From: Chloroflexota bacterium
GTDB lineage: Bacteria > Chloroflexota > Chloroflexia > Thermomicrobiales > UBA6265
NCBI GenBank assembly: GCA_023423795.1
Contig: JAFAEX010000309.1
Span: 3,177 to 67,176, forward strand
DNA length: 64,000 nt
Direction: 5' to 3'
Both the position numbers and the translations under genes were made by a program. This document shows positions 1 to 7,823 of this stretch, one piece after another (the first letter of the stretch is position 1; each line of letters starts with the position of its first letter). The notes under the pieces are model-generated. The model was not told the DNA's origin and did no database searches. It saw only the letters and a list, made by a program, of their open reading frames with translations.

Positions 1-308
1 TTCGTCAAGCGGTGCGCGTCGAGGTGGTCGCGGTCGAGATCGGGGATGTCGGACCGGCGGAGGACGAAGTGCGCCGCCTTGCGGGCGTAACTCTTCGATC
101 CGTAGCGGACGATGTACCGGACCTCGCGCTCCGTTACATTGCGCTGCGCCATGCGAACTCTGGCATGCTTCGTGAAACCGACGATTGCTTCTATGGCTGT
201 CCCCCGTTCGCGATGGGGAACCCCGGCCGCGTGAATCGTCACCGCGCGCAATTCCGATGTCAAGAGGCGAATCGCGAGTTCGGTATTTGGTGGGCGTTCG
301 TGGACCAT
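1..308 (-). CDS. DUF4258-like small protein (toxin-like family), partial; C-terminus lies beyond the left window edge
   Basis: Own minus-strand translation: MVHERPPNTELAIRLLTSELRAVTIHAAGVPHRERGTAIEAIVGFTKHARVRMAQRNVTEREVRYIVRYGSKSYARKAAHFVLRRSDIPDLDRDHL... The core HA-x-x-RM-x-x-R-x-VT-x-x-EV resembles DUF4258. The frame is open to the edge, so it is absent from the ORF track. Start codon uncertain. Confidence 0.4.
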   Translation of the reverse strand, partial: MVHERPPNTELAIRLLTSELRAVTIHAAGVPHRERGTAIEAIVGFTKHARVRMAQRNVTEREVRYIVRYGSKSYARKAAHFVLRRSDIPDLDRDHLDAHRLT

Positions 309-325
309 AGCGGAAGGAGCCGGTA

Positions 326-1366
326 ATGCACGGTTTCGTCCTCGACCCGAAGGCGCTCGGCGACCCGGCGGCGCTGATCGGTGTGGCGCTCGCCGAGGAG
401 GCCCGCATCGACGGGCGGCGCGCGTTCGCCAAGGGCCACCTGCTCACCGCCGACGACGTCGCCGCGCTGTCCCGGCTGGACGCGCCCGTCCATGCGGTGC
501 GCCTCGACCCCGGTGATGTGCACGAGGACGAGGCGGGCCGCCAACTGGCGCGCGTGGTGGCCGGCCGCGGGATGGAAATACGCGGCCCGGCGCAGAGCCG
601 CTACAACCTCGTCGCTACCGGCAAGGGCCTGCTCCGGATCGACGCCGACCGGCTGCGCGCGCTCAATCTGCTGCCCGGCATCGCGGTCTACACCCTGCCC
701 GACCGGATGGTGACGCTTCCCGGCAAGGTGTTGGCCGGCGTCAAGGTCACGCCTATAGCCGTCCCGGCGTCCACCCTCGACGCGGCGCGGGAGATCGTTG
801 CCGACGGCGGTCCGATCGTCGAAGTGCAGCCCTTCCTGCCCCGCGTGGTGGGCGTGGTGACGACGGAGGCGATGAAGCCCGGCGTGCGGGAGCGATTTCG
901 CGCCATCGTGCAGCGCAAGATCGCATGGTTCGGCGGCTCCGTCCTGCGCTTCGAGGAACCGGCCGCCGACCCGGACGCGGTCGCCGCCGCGATCTCCGCC
1001 CTGGTCGCCGACGGTGCGGACGTGGTGCTTGCCGCGGGCGGCAACACGATCGACCCGCTGGACCCGACGCTGCTGGCCCTGCCGGCGGTCGGCGGCGAAC
1101 TGCTCCGTCTGGGAGCGCCGGCCCACCCCGGCAGCATGTTCTGGATCGCTGAGGCGGGGGAGACGCCGGTGATCAACCTCGCGTCGTGCAGCCTCTATTC
1201 GCAGGCGACGACGGCCGACCTCATCCTGCCGTGGGTGATGGCCGGCGAGCGCGTCACGCGGGAAACGTTGGCCGACCTCGGCCACGGCGGCCTGCTGGAG
1301 AAGGACATGGGCTGGCGCTTCCCGCCCTACGACGAGGATGTCGAACCGGGAACCGGCGCCGGTTGA
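326..1366 (+). CDS. molybdopterin-binding domain protein (MogA/MoeA/CinA-type fold)
   Basis: 346-aa ORF with GGAAGGAG just upstream of the ATG. The C-terminal half (VVTTEAMKPG...GADVVLAAGGNTIDPLDP...GAPAHPGSMFW) looks like the MoCF-biosynthesis fold. It is adjacent to Mo-cofactor maturation genes. Confidence 0.65.
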   Translation: MHGFVLDPKALGDPAALIGVALAEEARIDGRRAFAKGHLLTADDVAALSRLDAPVHAVRLDPGDVHEDEAGRQLARVVAGRGMEIRGPAQSRYNLVATGKGLLRIDADRLRALNLLPGIAVYTLPDRMVTLPGKVLAGVKVTPIAVPASTLDAAREIVADGGPIVEVQPFLPRVVGVVTTEAMKPGVRERFRAIVQRKIAWFGGSVLRFEEPAADPDAVAAAISALVADGADVVLAAGGNTIDPLDPTLLALPAVGGELLRLGAPAHPGSMFWIAEAGETPVINLASCSLYSQATTADLILPWVMAGERVTRETLADLGHGGLLEKDMGWRFPPYDEDVEPGTGAG

Positions 1367-1415
1367 ACGTTGCGACGTTCTCGGATTGCGCCGTGCGGTG
1401 CGGCCGCCAACCACC

Positions 1416-1444
1416 GTCCTCCCGAGCCTGTCGAGGGATCTCGT
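1416..1444. repeat. solo half-copy of REP-like repeat (core CCCGAGCCTGTCGAGGGATCTCGT)
   Basis: Near-identical to one arm of the hairpin repeats at 28771-28850 and 62727-62807. No inverted partner is present here. Confidence 0.7.
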
Positions 1445-1546
1445 CCTTCCTGATCGACGGAGGTACGCAAGACCACCGCGCGGACGGGTCGCCATCAGTT
1501 TTCCGCGTCATGCGAGCGCCGCGGCGATCCCTCCGCGCCGTGTTTC

Positions 1547-1793
1547 TTCGGTATTTATTCGGTATTTGTTCGCCATTTATTCGGCAGCGGTTTTCCCATG
1601 TCCATGCGGAAACCGGATTTCTTCGGTACCCCCTGCCACCCTTCGGGGCGCGGCCGGTGCGGTGTTCTGGGCCGCTAAGGGGGAAGGGGGTGCGAAATAA
1701 TTGAGGTTCGCCCGAGAGGCCGCGTACGTACGCAATATTCAGTGGCCGAGTAAGTGCCGGATAAATAGCGAACAAATGCCGAATAAATTACCG
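1547..1793. repeat. MITE-like element: ~40-bp AT-rich imperfect terminal inverted repeats flanking a ~170-bp core
   Basis: Left arm: TCGGTATTTATTCGGTATTTGTTCGCCATTTATTCGGCA. Reverse complement of right arm: TCGGTAATTTATTCGGCATTTGTTCGCTATTTATCCGGCA (3 mismatches, 1 indel). Each arm is made of three ~11-bp sub-repeats (TATTTATTCGG-like). It is a strongly AT-rich patch in a GC-rich genome and has no credible ORF. Confidence 0.6.
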
Positions 1794-2085
1794 ACCGGTC
1801 CGGCCTTGATCAACGCCGGGCAACGATGCGAACGGCAGGCGAAGGGTCGTCCTACGAAATCCGGTTGTTCGCTGCCGTACCGCCCGCGCTCGACGAACGG
1901 AACGCCGCGTCGATCGACCGGAGTTCGCATCGGCTTGAGCGGAGAGCGTTTCGCTTTGCCCGCGGCCGACGCCGACGGAGCGATGGGCAATCCACCAGAC
2001 TCCGCGCACTACGCCGCGGCGGGGGAGAAGCACGTCGCCGCCCTCTGGATCCATCTCCGAGTCGTTGAGACAATTGCGCCCCGAT

Positions 2086-2700
2086 CTATCGCCTCGCGCC
2101 GGCATCCCAAGACGCCAGCAACGCCGCGTAGTCCGCGTCCGTGTCCACGTCCGGTGGCGGCGCATCGAGCGGGACCGGAACCCGCAGCACGTCGGCCGCG
2201 CGGGCCCGCACGAGCGACCGCGCGCCCCGATCTCCGGCAAGCCGGAGCAGGTCCGGGAACAGGTCCCGGCGGAAGAGGACGGGGTTTCCCGTGGTCTCGC
2301 CGTACACGGGCGCGGCAATTGGGACGGGGTTTGCGCGCCACGCCGCCAGCACGGCGTCGATGATCCCCGGGCAGATGCCCGGCTGGTCGCCGAGCAGCAG
2401 CATGGCGGCGGCGGCGTCGTCAGGCAGCGCGGCGACGCCGGCGACGACGCTGCTCGCCTGTCCCTCGGCGAACCGGGGGTTCACGACGACGCGGGCGGGA
2501 TGGTCGCCGAGCGCCGTCGCGACCTCGTCGGCGAGGTGGCCGAGCACCAGCAGCACCGGATCGAGCGACGACGCCAGCGCGTTGTCGAGCGTGCGGCGAA
2601 GCAGCGGTTTGCCGCCGAGGTCGAGCAACTGCTTTGGCCGCCCGAGCCGGGACGAGCGGCCGGCGGCGAGGATGATGCCGGCGACCGGTTCGCCGGTCAC
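2086..2700 (-). CDS. mocA: MobA-like NTP transferase; probable molybdenum cofactor cytidylyltransferase
   Basis: N-terminus AGIILAAGRSSRLGRPKQLL matches the MobA/MocA nucleotidyltransferase signature. LLLGDQP motif present. Its 4-nt overlap with the upstream xdhC-like ORF suggests translational coupling. Confidence 0.8.
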   Translation of the reverse strand: MTGEPVAGIILAAGRSSRLGRPKQLLDLGGKPLLRRTLDNALASSLDPVLLVLGHLADEVATALGDHPARVVVNPRFAEGQASSVVAGVAALPDDAAAAMLLLGDQPGICPGIIDAVLAAWRANPVPIAAPVYGETTGNPVLFRRDLFPDLLRLAGDRGARSLVRARAADVLRVPVPLDAPPPDVDTDADYAALLASWDAGARR

Positions 2701-3500
2701 GCCCGTGCGGCGGCCGGCTCGGCTGCTTCGCCCCGGATGCGTCCAGTTGCCGCGGTCAGGGCGCCGCCCGAACGGCCGTTCCGCGCGGCGATGATCTCGC
2801 CGAGGATGGCGATCGCCATTTCTTCTGGCGTCGCCGCGCCGATGTCGAGCCCGATCGGGCCGCGCACCCGCGCCAGGTCCTCGGGCGACAACCCCGCTTC
2901 AGTCAGGCGGCGGCGGCGATCCACGTTCGTCTTGCGCGACCCGATCGCCCCGATGTAGCGCGCTGGGGTGTCCAGCGCGCCAAGGATCGCCGGTTCGTCG
3001 AACTTCGGATCGTGGGTCAGGATGGCGATGCACCAGTTCGGCCGAACGTCGAGGTCGGCCATCGCCTCGTCCGGCCAGGCGACGACGATGCGGTCGGCGT
3101 CCGGGAAGCGCTCGCGGGTGGCCAGTTTCTCCCGCGCATCGACGACGATCACGTCGAACCCGAGCGCCTTGCCGAAGCGGCTCAACGCCTGCGCGACGTG
3201 AACGGCGCCGATGATTAGCAGCGTCGGCGGCGTCGGAAACGTCTCGATGAAGACCTCGACCTCGTCGTCGCCGGCGGGGTAGGTCCGGGTCTCCGACTTC
3301 TCGGCTTCTAGCAGCGCGCGGGCGTCGGCATCGACCGGGTCGTCCAGCCCGGACGCACCGAGCGAGCCCAGTCGTTCATCCGGCAGCAGCAGCAGTTTGC
3401 CGCCGAGGCCGGGGCCGCGCACGACCGTGGCGACCGCGACCGGGGTGCGCGCGTCCAGGGCGGCCGTGAACCGTTCGTGGATGGCGGCGCGGTCGTTCAT
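2697..3500 (-). CDS. XdhC/CoxI family accessory protein, Rossmann-like C-terminal module
   Basis: MNDRAAIHERF...PPTLLIIGAVHVAQAL...VIVVDAREKLA...ILTHDPKFDEPAL...YIGAIGSRKT is typical XdhC_C. Start trimmed to the Met at 3500; the longer track ORF is Arg-rich junk. ATGA overlap with the upstream ORF. Confidence 0.8.
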   Translation of the reverse strand: MNDRAAIHERFTAALDARTPVAVATVVRGPGLGGKLLLLPDERLGSLGASGLDDPVDADARALLEAEKSETRTYPAGDDEVEVFIETFPTPPTLLIIGAVHVAQALSRFGKALGFDVIVVDAREKLATRERFPDADRIVVAWPDEAMADLDVRPNWCIAILTHDPKFDEPAILGALDTPARYIGAIGSRKTNVDRRRRLTEAGLSPEDLARVRGPIGLDIGAATPEEMAIAILGEIIAARNGRSGGALTAATGRIRGEAAEPAAARA

Positions 3501-3811
3501 TCCGCGACCGGCTCCACGAAGACCTCGATCGTGCCGCCGCAGGCGAGCCCGACGTCCCAGGCCATCTCGTCGGTGATGCCGAAGCGCAGCAGTTTCGGCT
3601 GCCCCGTGCGCAGGACCTCCTGCGCCTCGTCGAAGACCGCCGTCTCGACGCAGCCGCCGCTGACCGAGCCGGTCAGGTCGCCGGCGTCGGAGACGGCGAG
3701 TGTCGCCCCGACCGGGCGCGGGGCCGACCCCTCGACCTTCACCACCGTGGCGACCGCCACCCGATTGCCGGCGGCGCGCCATGTTTCGATCTGTGGCAGG
3801 ACGTCCTTCAC
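3497..3811 (-). CDS. XdhC/CoxI family N-terminal domain protein (separate ORF)
   Basis: 104 aa. VAVATVVKVEGSAPRPVGATLAV...GSVSGGCVE is the XdhC_CoxI N-domain signature. Its stop overlaps the start of the C-module ORF. Confidence 0.75.
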   Translation of the reverse strand: MKDVLPQIETWRAAGNRVAVATVVKVEGSAPRPVGATLAVSDAGDLTGSVSGGCVETAVFDEAQEVLRTGQPKLLRFGITDEMAWDVGLACGGTIEVFVEPVAE

Positions 3812-3912
3812 CTCGTCGCTCCTTCGCGACCCGGCGGCAGCCGGGCACTATCTGAAGGGAAGTATCGTCCGTTTCGGCGGCAAACGCCAATGCCGGGGCC
3901 GGGTTGCGCCGC

Positions 3913-5205
3913 TCAGGCCGCCGGCGGCGGGACGTAGCGGCGCAAGGGCGGCGTGTCCTCCATCCGCCCCAGCAGGTCGGCCAGCGCCGCCATCGATTGC
4001 AGGTTGTGGATCGGCAGGAAGTGGTCGATGTAGGGCAGCGCGGCGCGCATCCCCTGCGTCAGCGGCTGGTACCCGGGCGCGCCCAGCAACGGGTTCAGCC
4101 AGATCAGCCGGCGGCAGGACCGCTGCAGCCGCGCCATCTCCCGCCCGAGCAGGGCGGGGTCGCCCCGGTCCCAGCCGTCGCTGATGATCACCACCGTCGC
4201 CCCGGATCGGAGCACGCGGCGGGACCACTTGAAGTTGAATTCCTTGATCGCCTCGCCGATGCGCGTGCCGCCCGACCAGTCCTCGACCGAGTTGACGACG
4301 TCGGTCAACGCGGTATCGATGTCGCGCCGCCGCAGTTCGCGGGTGATCCGGGTCAGCCGCGTGCCGAAGACGAACACTTCGGTGCTGTCCAGGCCCTGCC
4401 CGAGCGCGTGCACGAACCGCAGCAGCAGCCGGGCGTAGCGGTCCATGCTGCCGGAGATGTCGCAGATAAGGACCAGCGGCCGGGTGCGAATTTTCCGGCG
4501 CTGGCGCTTGAGGTCCAGCGGCACTCCGCCGTGCCGCAGGGAGTGGCGCATCGTCCGGCGCGGATCGAACGAATCGCCGACGTTCGCCTTTTCGCGCCGC
4601 CTGGTCTGGCGCGTGCCGAGGTTCCAGTCCATCCCTTCGATGATGCGTCGCGCTTCGGCGATCTCCTCCGGGGAGCAGAGCGAGAAATCCTTCTTGCGCA
4701 GGATCTCGCGGGCGCTGAACAGCAACACGTCCTCGGGCGGCGCGTCCATCTCCTCGAGGTCGTCGGCGTTCGCCTCGGCCTCGGCTTCGGAGACGGCGAG
4801 GACGGTCTTCTCTTCCTCGGCCTCGCCGTCGGAGGCCTTCGTTTCCTGCTTCTTCTTCGACGCTTCCGGCAGCGGCGGTTCCGACGGGGCGGAGGAGGCG
4901 ACGAAGGCGTCCAGCGCCACCGGCTCCGCGCCGAGCAGTTCGCGGACGAACTGCCGGAATTCGGCGTCGAACGTCGCCCGCTGCTCCGGCCGGGTGACGC
5001 AGGAGATGCGCGCGGCCTGGTGCAGGTCGCCCGGGTCGGCCACCCCGACTGCGGCGATGGCTTCCACCATCGCCACGACCTGCCCGGGGCCGACCGGGAT
5101 GCCGGCCCGGCGCAAGCGGCGGCCGAATTCGACGAGGTTCGCCCCGACCAGTCCGGAGGACACGGCGCCCGGCGTCCGGACGGTTTCGGCGGGAAGTTCG
5201 GTCAT
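3913..5205 (-). CDS. VWA domain protein, CoxE-like
   Basis: C-terminal PLVLICDISGSMDRY (MIDAS DxSxS) ...VVIISDGWDRG... These features are typical of the CoxE/VWA_CoxE family. It lies downstream of a MoxR ATPase. Confidence 0.8.
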   Translation of the reverse strand: MTELPAETVRTPGAVSSGLVGANLVEFGRRLRRAGIPVGPGQVVAMVEAIAAVGVADPGDLHQAARISCVTRPEQRATFDAEFRQFVRELLGAEPVALDAFVASSAPSEPPLPEASKKKQETKASDGEAEEEKTVLAVSEAEAEANADDLEEMDAPPEDVLLFSAREILRKKDFSLCSPEEIAEARRIIEGMDWNLGTRQTRRREKANVGDSFDPRRTMRHSLRHGGVPLDLKRQRRKIRTRPLVLICDISGSMDRYARLLLRFVHALGQGLDSTEVFVFGTRLTRITRELRRRDIDTALTDVVNSVEDWSGGTRIGEAIKEFNFKWSRRVLRSGATVVIISDGWDRGDPALLGREMARLQRSCRRLIWLNPLLGAPGYQPLTQGMRAALPYIDHFLPIHNLQSMAALADLLGRMEDTPPLRRYVPPPAA

Positions 5206-5264
5206 GGATGCTCCCGGAGGCTGGGCCTCCGCGGGTGAACGGGACAGACGATCGGCGCGACGAC

Positions 5265-6230
5265 CTAGATGCCGGCCATCAGCGCCCGGCCGACGAGGTT
5301 TCGGGCGAGGTCGCCCTTCACGTTATCGACGTCCTCCTGATACTTGAGAATGACGCCGAGCGAGTCGCCCACCACCTGCTCCGAGAGATCGACCGTGCCA
5401 AGCGCTTGCAGCGCCCGCGCCCAGTCGAGGGTCTCGGCCATGCCCGGCGGCTTGAAGAGGTCGGTCTCGCGCAACGCCTGGGTGAAAGCGACGATCTGGC
5501 GGGCCAGCTTCTCCGGCAGGTCCGGCGCCTTCGCCAGCAGGATTCGGTATTCCTTGTCGAAGTCCGGGAAGTCGATCCAGTGGTAGAGGCAGCGCCGCTT
5601 GAGCGCATCGTGGATCTCGCGGGTGCGGTTCGAGGTCAGGATCACGATCGGCACGTGCTCGGCGCGGATCGTACCCAACTCCGGGACCGTGACCTGGAAG
5701 TCGGAGAGCAGTTCGAGCAGGAAGGCTTCGAGTTCCTGGTCGGCGCGGTCCACCTCGTCGATCAGCAGCACCGGCGAGCGGTTGTGGGCGGCGTCGATGG
5801 CCTGCAGCAACGGCCGCTTGAGCAGGAACTCCTCGCCGAACAGGTCGTGGCGGACGGCTTCGCGATCGACGCCGCCGGTCGCCTCGATCGTGCGCAGGTA
5901 GAGCATCTGCCGCGGGTAGTCCCACTCGTAGATAGCCGTAGCGGCGTCGAGCCCCTCGTAGCACTGGAGGCGGATGAGGGGAGCTTCGAGCAACCCGGAG
6001 AGCACCTTGGCGATCTCGGTCTTGCCGACGCCGGCCTCGCCCTCCAGCAGCAGCGGCTTCTGCAGCTTCAGGGTCAGGTACAGCGTGGTCGCGAGGCCGC
6101 GGTCGGCGACGTAGGACTGCTCGCGCAATCCATCGGCGAGCTCGTCCACCGAATCGAACGTGCGCGTTGCTGGGGCGGTCGTGGCGGTCAATCGGGCTCC
6201 CATCGACGAAGCGAAGCGGGTTTCGTCCAA
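5265..6230 (-). CDS. MoxR-family AAA+ ATPase, CoxD-like
   Basis: Walker A LLEGEAGVGKTEIAK, Walker B VLLIDEVDRA, and TSNRTREIHDALKRRC (sensor/arginine region). The start could be the TTG at 6230 or the ATG at 6203. Confidence 0.85.
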   Translation of the reverse strand: MDETRFASSMGARLTATTAPATRTFDSVDELADGLREQSYVADRGLATTLYLTLKLQKPLLLEGEAGVGKTEIAKVLSGLLEAPLIRLQCYEGLDAATAIYEWDYPRQMLYLRTIEATGGVDREAVRHDLFGEEFLLKRPLLQAIDAAHNRSPVLLIDEVDRADQELEAFLLELLSDFQVTVPELGTIRAEHVPIVILTSNRTREIHDALKRRCLYHWIDFPDFDKEYRILLAKAPDLPEKLARQIVAFTQALRETDLFKPPGMAETLDWARALQALGTVDLSEQVVGDSLGVILKYQEDVDNVKGDLARNLVGRALMAGI

Positions 6231-6422
6231 TGGGTGAAGTATCGGCCAGCAGCGCCCGCGCTGTCACGAGTTTTGCGCTCCAACGCGCCGAAAACCGGTT
6301 CCGTCCAACGATTGGAGCGGCGGCTGGTTCGGGGGCGGCGCGGTGCGGCCGGGACGCCCCAGGCCGCTGGCCGGAGGAGGGTTGGGACGGTCGATTCGCG
6401 GCGACTGGATGGCCCGAAAACG

Positions 6423-6451
6423 TTGCGGATCTGGCACAGATGTGCTACATT
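6423..6451 (+). promoter_or_regulatory. sigma70-like promoter candidate TTGCGG-17-TACATT
   Basis: Hexamers with 17-nt spacing, about 245 nt upstream of the zinc-finger CDS. It lies in the divergent gap to the moxR-like gene. Confidence 0.3.
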
Positions 6452-6582
6452 GGCATCAACAGTTGAAGGAAAGCTATCCGGAGCGGGACGCTCCCGAGCG
6501 TCCCCGGCAACCGAGCGGCGACCGCCACGGTGCCCATCCTCGAGCCGAGGAGATAGGCCCCTGAAGGGGGAAAACGGGTCGC

Positions 6583-7035
6583 GTGACCCTGCTTCGACCG
6601 CGGGGTCGTTTGGTATCCGACGCCGGATGCCGTGGTCCCTCGAACCCCTTCGTTCGCCGCCCGCCGCCGAATGTCCTTCGACGGAAGGAGGAGTCGTTGC
6701 CCATCGACAACCAACAGCTATCGCCTCGGGACCACCTGCGGGTCGTGCGCGCCCGACTCAGCGGCGAACTGGTGCGCTGCGACCCGTGCGAGGGGAAGGG
6801 CCGCTGGCTGACCCCGATGCAGACGTTGCGCCCGTGCCCCTGCTGCGCCGGTGCGGGTGAGGTGGCGCAGGCCGACGCCACCCGGGTGCTTGCCGTGTGC
6901 CTCGCCTGCCGCGGGCGCGGCGCGGTCGGCGGCGAGGATGCCGCGATCTGTCCGAGCTGCCGCGGATTCGGCGCCGTCGCGGTGCGGAACCGGATCGCCG
7001 GCGCCAACGTCCAAACGGAGGATACCGCCGCGTAA
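6583..7035 (+). CDS. stand-alone DnaJ-type cysteine-rich zinc-finger protein
   Basis: Four CxxCxGxG repeats: CDPCEGKG, CPCCAGAG, CLACRGRG, CPSCRGFG. The more likely start is the TTG at 6697, preceded by GGAAGGAGGAG (112 aa). The GTG at 6583 is the longest option. Confidence 0.65.
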   Translation: MTLLRPRGRLVSDAGCRGPSNPFVRRPPPNVLRRKEESLPIDNQQLSPRDHLRVVRARLSGELVRCDPCEGKGRWLTPMQTLRPCPCCAGAGEVAQADATRVLAVCLACRGRGAVGGEDAAICPSCRGFGAVAVRNRIAGANVQTEDTAA

Positions 7036-7093
7036 GCGAACGCCGGTCGCAGGTCCGTCCGCCCGTTTTCCGCTCGCTAGGAGAGCAGAGTCC

Positions 7094-7741
7094 ATGCCCA
7101 GTTCGCCTGAACTCCGCCCGCTTCCGCCGGTCGCCGCCGATATTTCTCCCGCCGCCGCTCCGCAGGGGGACATCCTCCACTGCTGGGGGATCGAGACCTT
7201 CCTGCGCAACGGCGGCACGCCGGAGCGGTTCGCCGCGATCCGGCACCGCTTCGACGCGCGGTCGGAGGCCGCGCCCGGCGTGTGGTGGCCCGGCATCGAC
7301 CTGGAGGGCGAGGACCTCTGCGGCGCGGAGCTGGCCGGGGCGACTCTGATCGGCGCGATCCTGCCCGAGGTCAACGGCGCCGACCTGCGCCGGGCGCAAC
7401 TGGAGCGCGCCGTCATCCGGCAGGCGCAGGGCGCGGTCTTCGACGGCGCGGAACTGACCGAGGCGGACCTGTGCCACGGCCGCCTCGAAGGCGCGTCGTT
7501 TGTCGGCGCGAACCTCGCCTGCTGCGATTTCGTGGAGGCCGGGCTTCGCCGCGCCCGCTTCGACCGTGCCGACCTGACCGACGCGGACTTCCGCGACGCC
7601 GAACTCTGGGGCTCGACCGTCCACCTCGCCGCCTCGCTGGACGGCGCGGACTTCACCGGCGCGGTGGGTCTTTCCGTCGAACAGCTCGTCATCCTCGCCG
7701 CCCGTGGCGCCCTCGGCGTCGAGGAGTGCGAAGCGGCGTAG
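7094..7741 (+). CDS. pentapeptide-repeat protein
   Basis: Consecutive A(D/N)LxG-type repeats: GADLRRAQLERAVIRQAQGAVFDGAELTEADLCHGRLEGASFVGANLACCDFVEAGLRRARFDRADLTDADFRDAEL. Met at 7094 with AGGAGAG upstream. Confidence 0.75.
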   Translation: MPSSPELRPLPPVAADISPAAAPQGDILHCWGIETFLRNGGTPERFAAIRHRFDARSEAAPGVWWPGIDLEGEDLCGAELAGATLIGAILPEVNGADLRRAQLERAVIRQAQGAVFDGAELTEADLCHGRLEGASFVGANLACCDFVEAGLRRARFDRADLTDADFRDAELWGSTVHLAASLDGADFTGAVGLSVEQLVILAARGALGVEECEAA

Positions 7742-7765
7742 CCCGTCTGGCGCGGGGTGCTACGA

Positions 7766-7803
7766 AACGAGGGGCCGGGAAGAAAACTTCCCGGCCCCTC
7801 GTT
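7766..7803. terminator. bidirectional hairpin between convergent genes
   Basis: Perfect 17-bp stem AACGAGGGGCCGGGAAG / CTTCCCGGCCCCTCGTT with AAAA loop. Confidence 0.7.
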
Positions 7804-7823
7804 CCTGTTACGCGAGCAGGTAC

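Noticed and set aside
12-326. Plus-strand ORF 12-326 (104 aa).
   Set aside because: It is antisense to the DUF4258-like frame, which has a recognisable motif. The plus-strand product has no features and ends exactly at the next gene's start.
1701-2363. ORFs filling the convergent gap at 1366-2086. Examples: 1701-2363 (220 aa), 1788-2318 (176 aa).
   Set aside because: They are Arg/Pro-rich and run into or overlap the mocA-like gene. They span the AT-rich inverted-repeat element. No domain signatures were seen.
6431-6446. Sigma-54-like element TGGCAC-N-TGCT.
   Set aside because: The GG-to-GC spacing is one nucleotide short of the -24/-12 consensus. The element coincides with a better sigma70-like hexamer pair.
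6457-6697. Possible riboswitch or housekeeping RNA in the leader of the zinc-finger gene.
   Set aside because: I looked by eye for the B12 box (GCCACTG), ZTP, ydaO and T-box cores, and for SRP, 6S, RNase P and tmRNA hallmarks. None is present. I kept it only as an unexplained structured leader.
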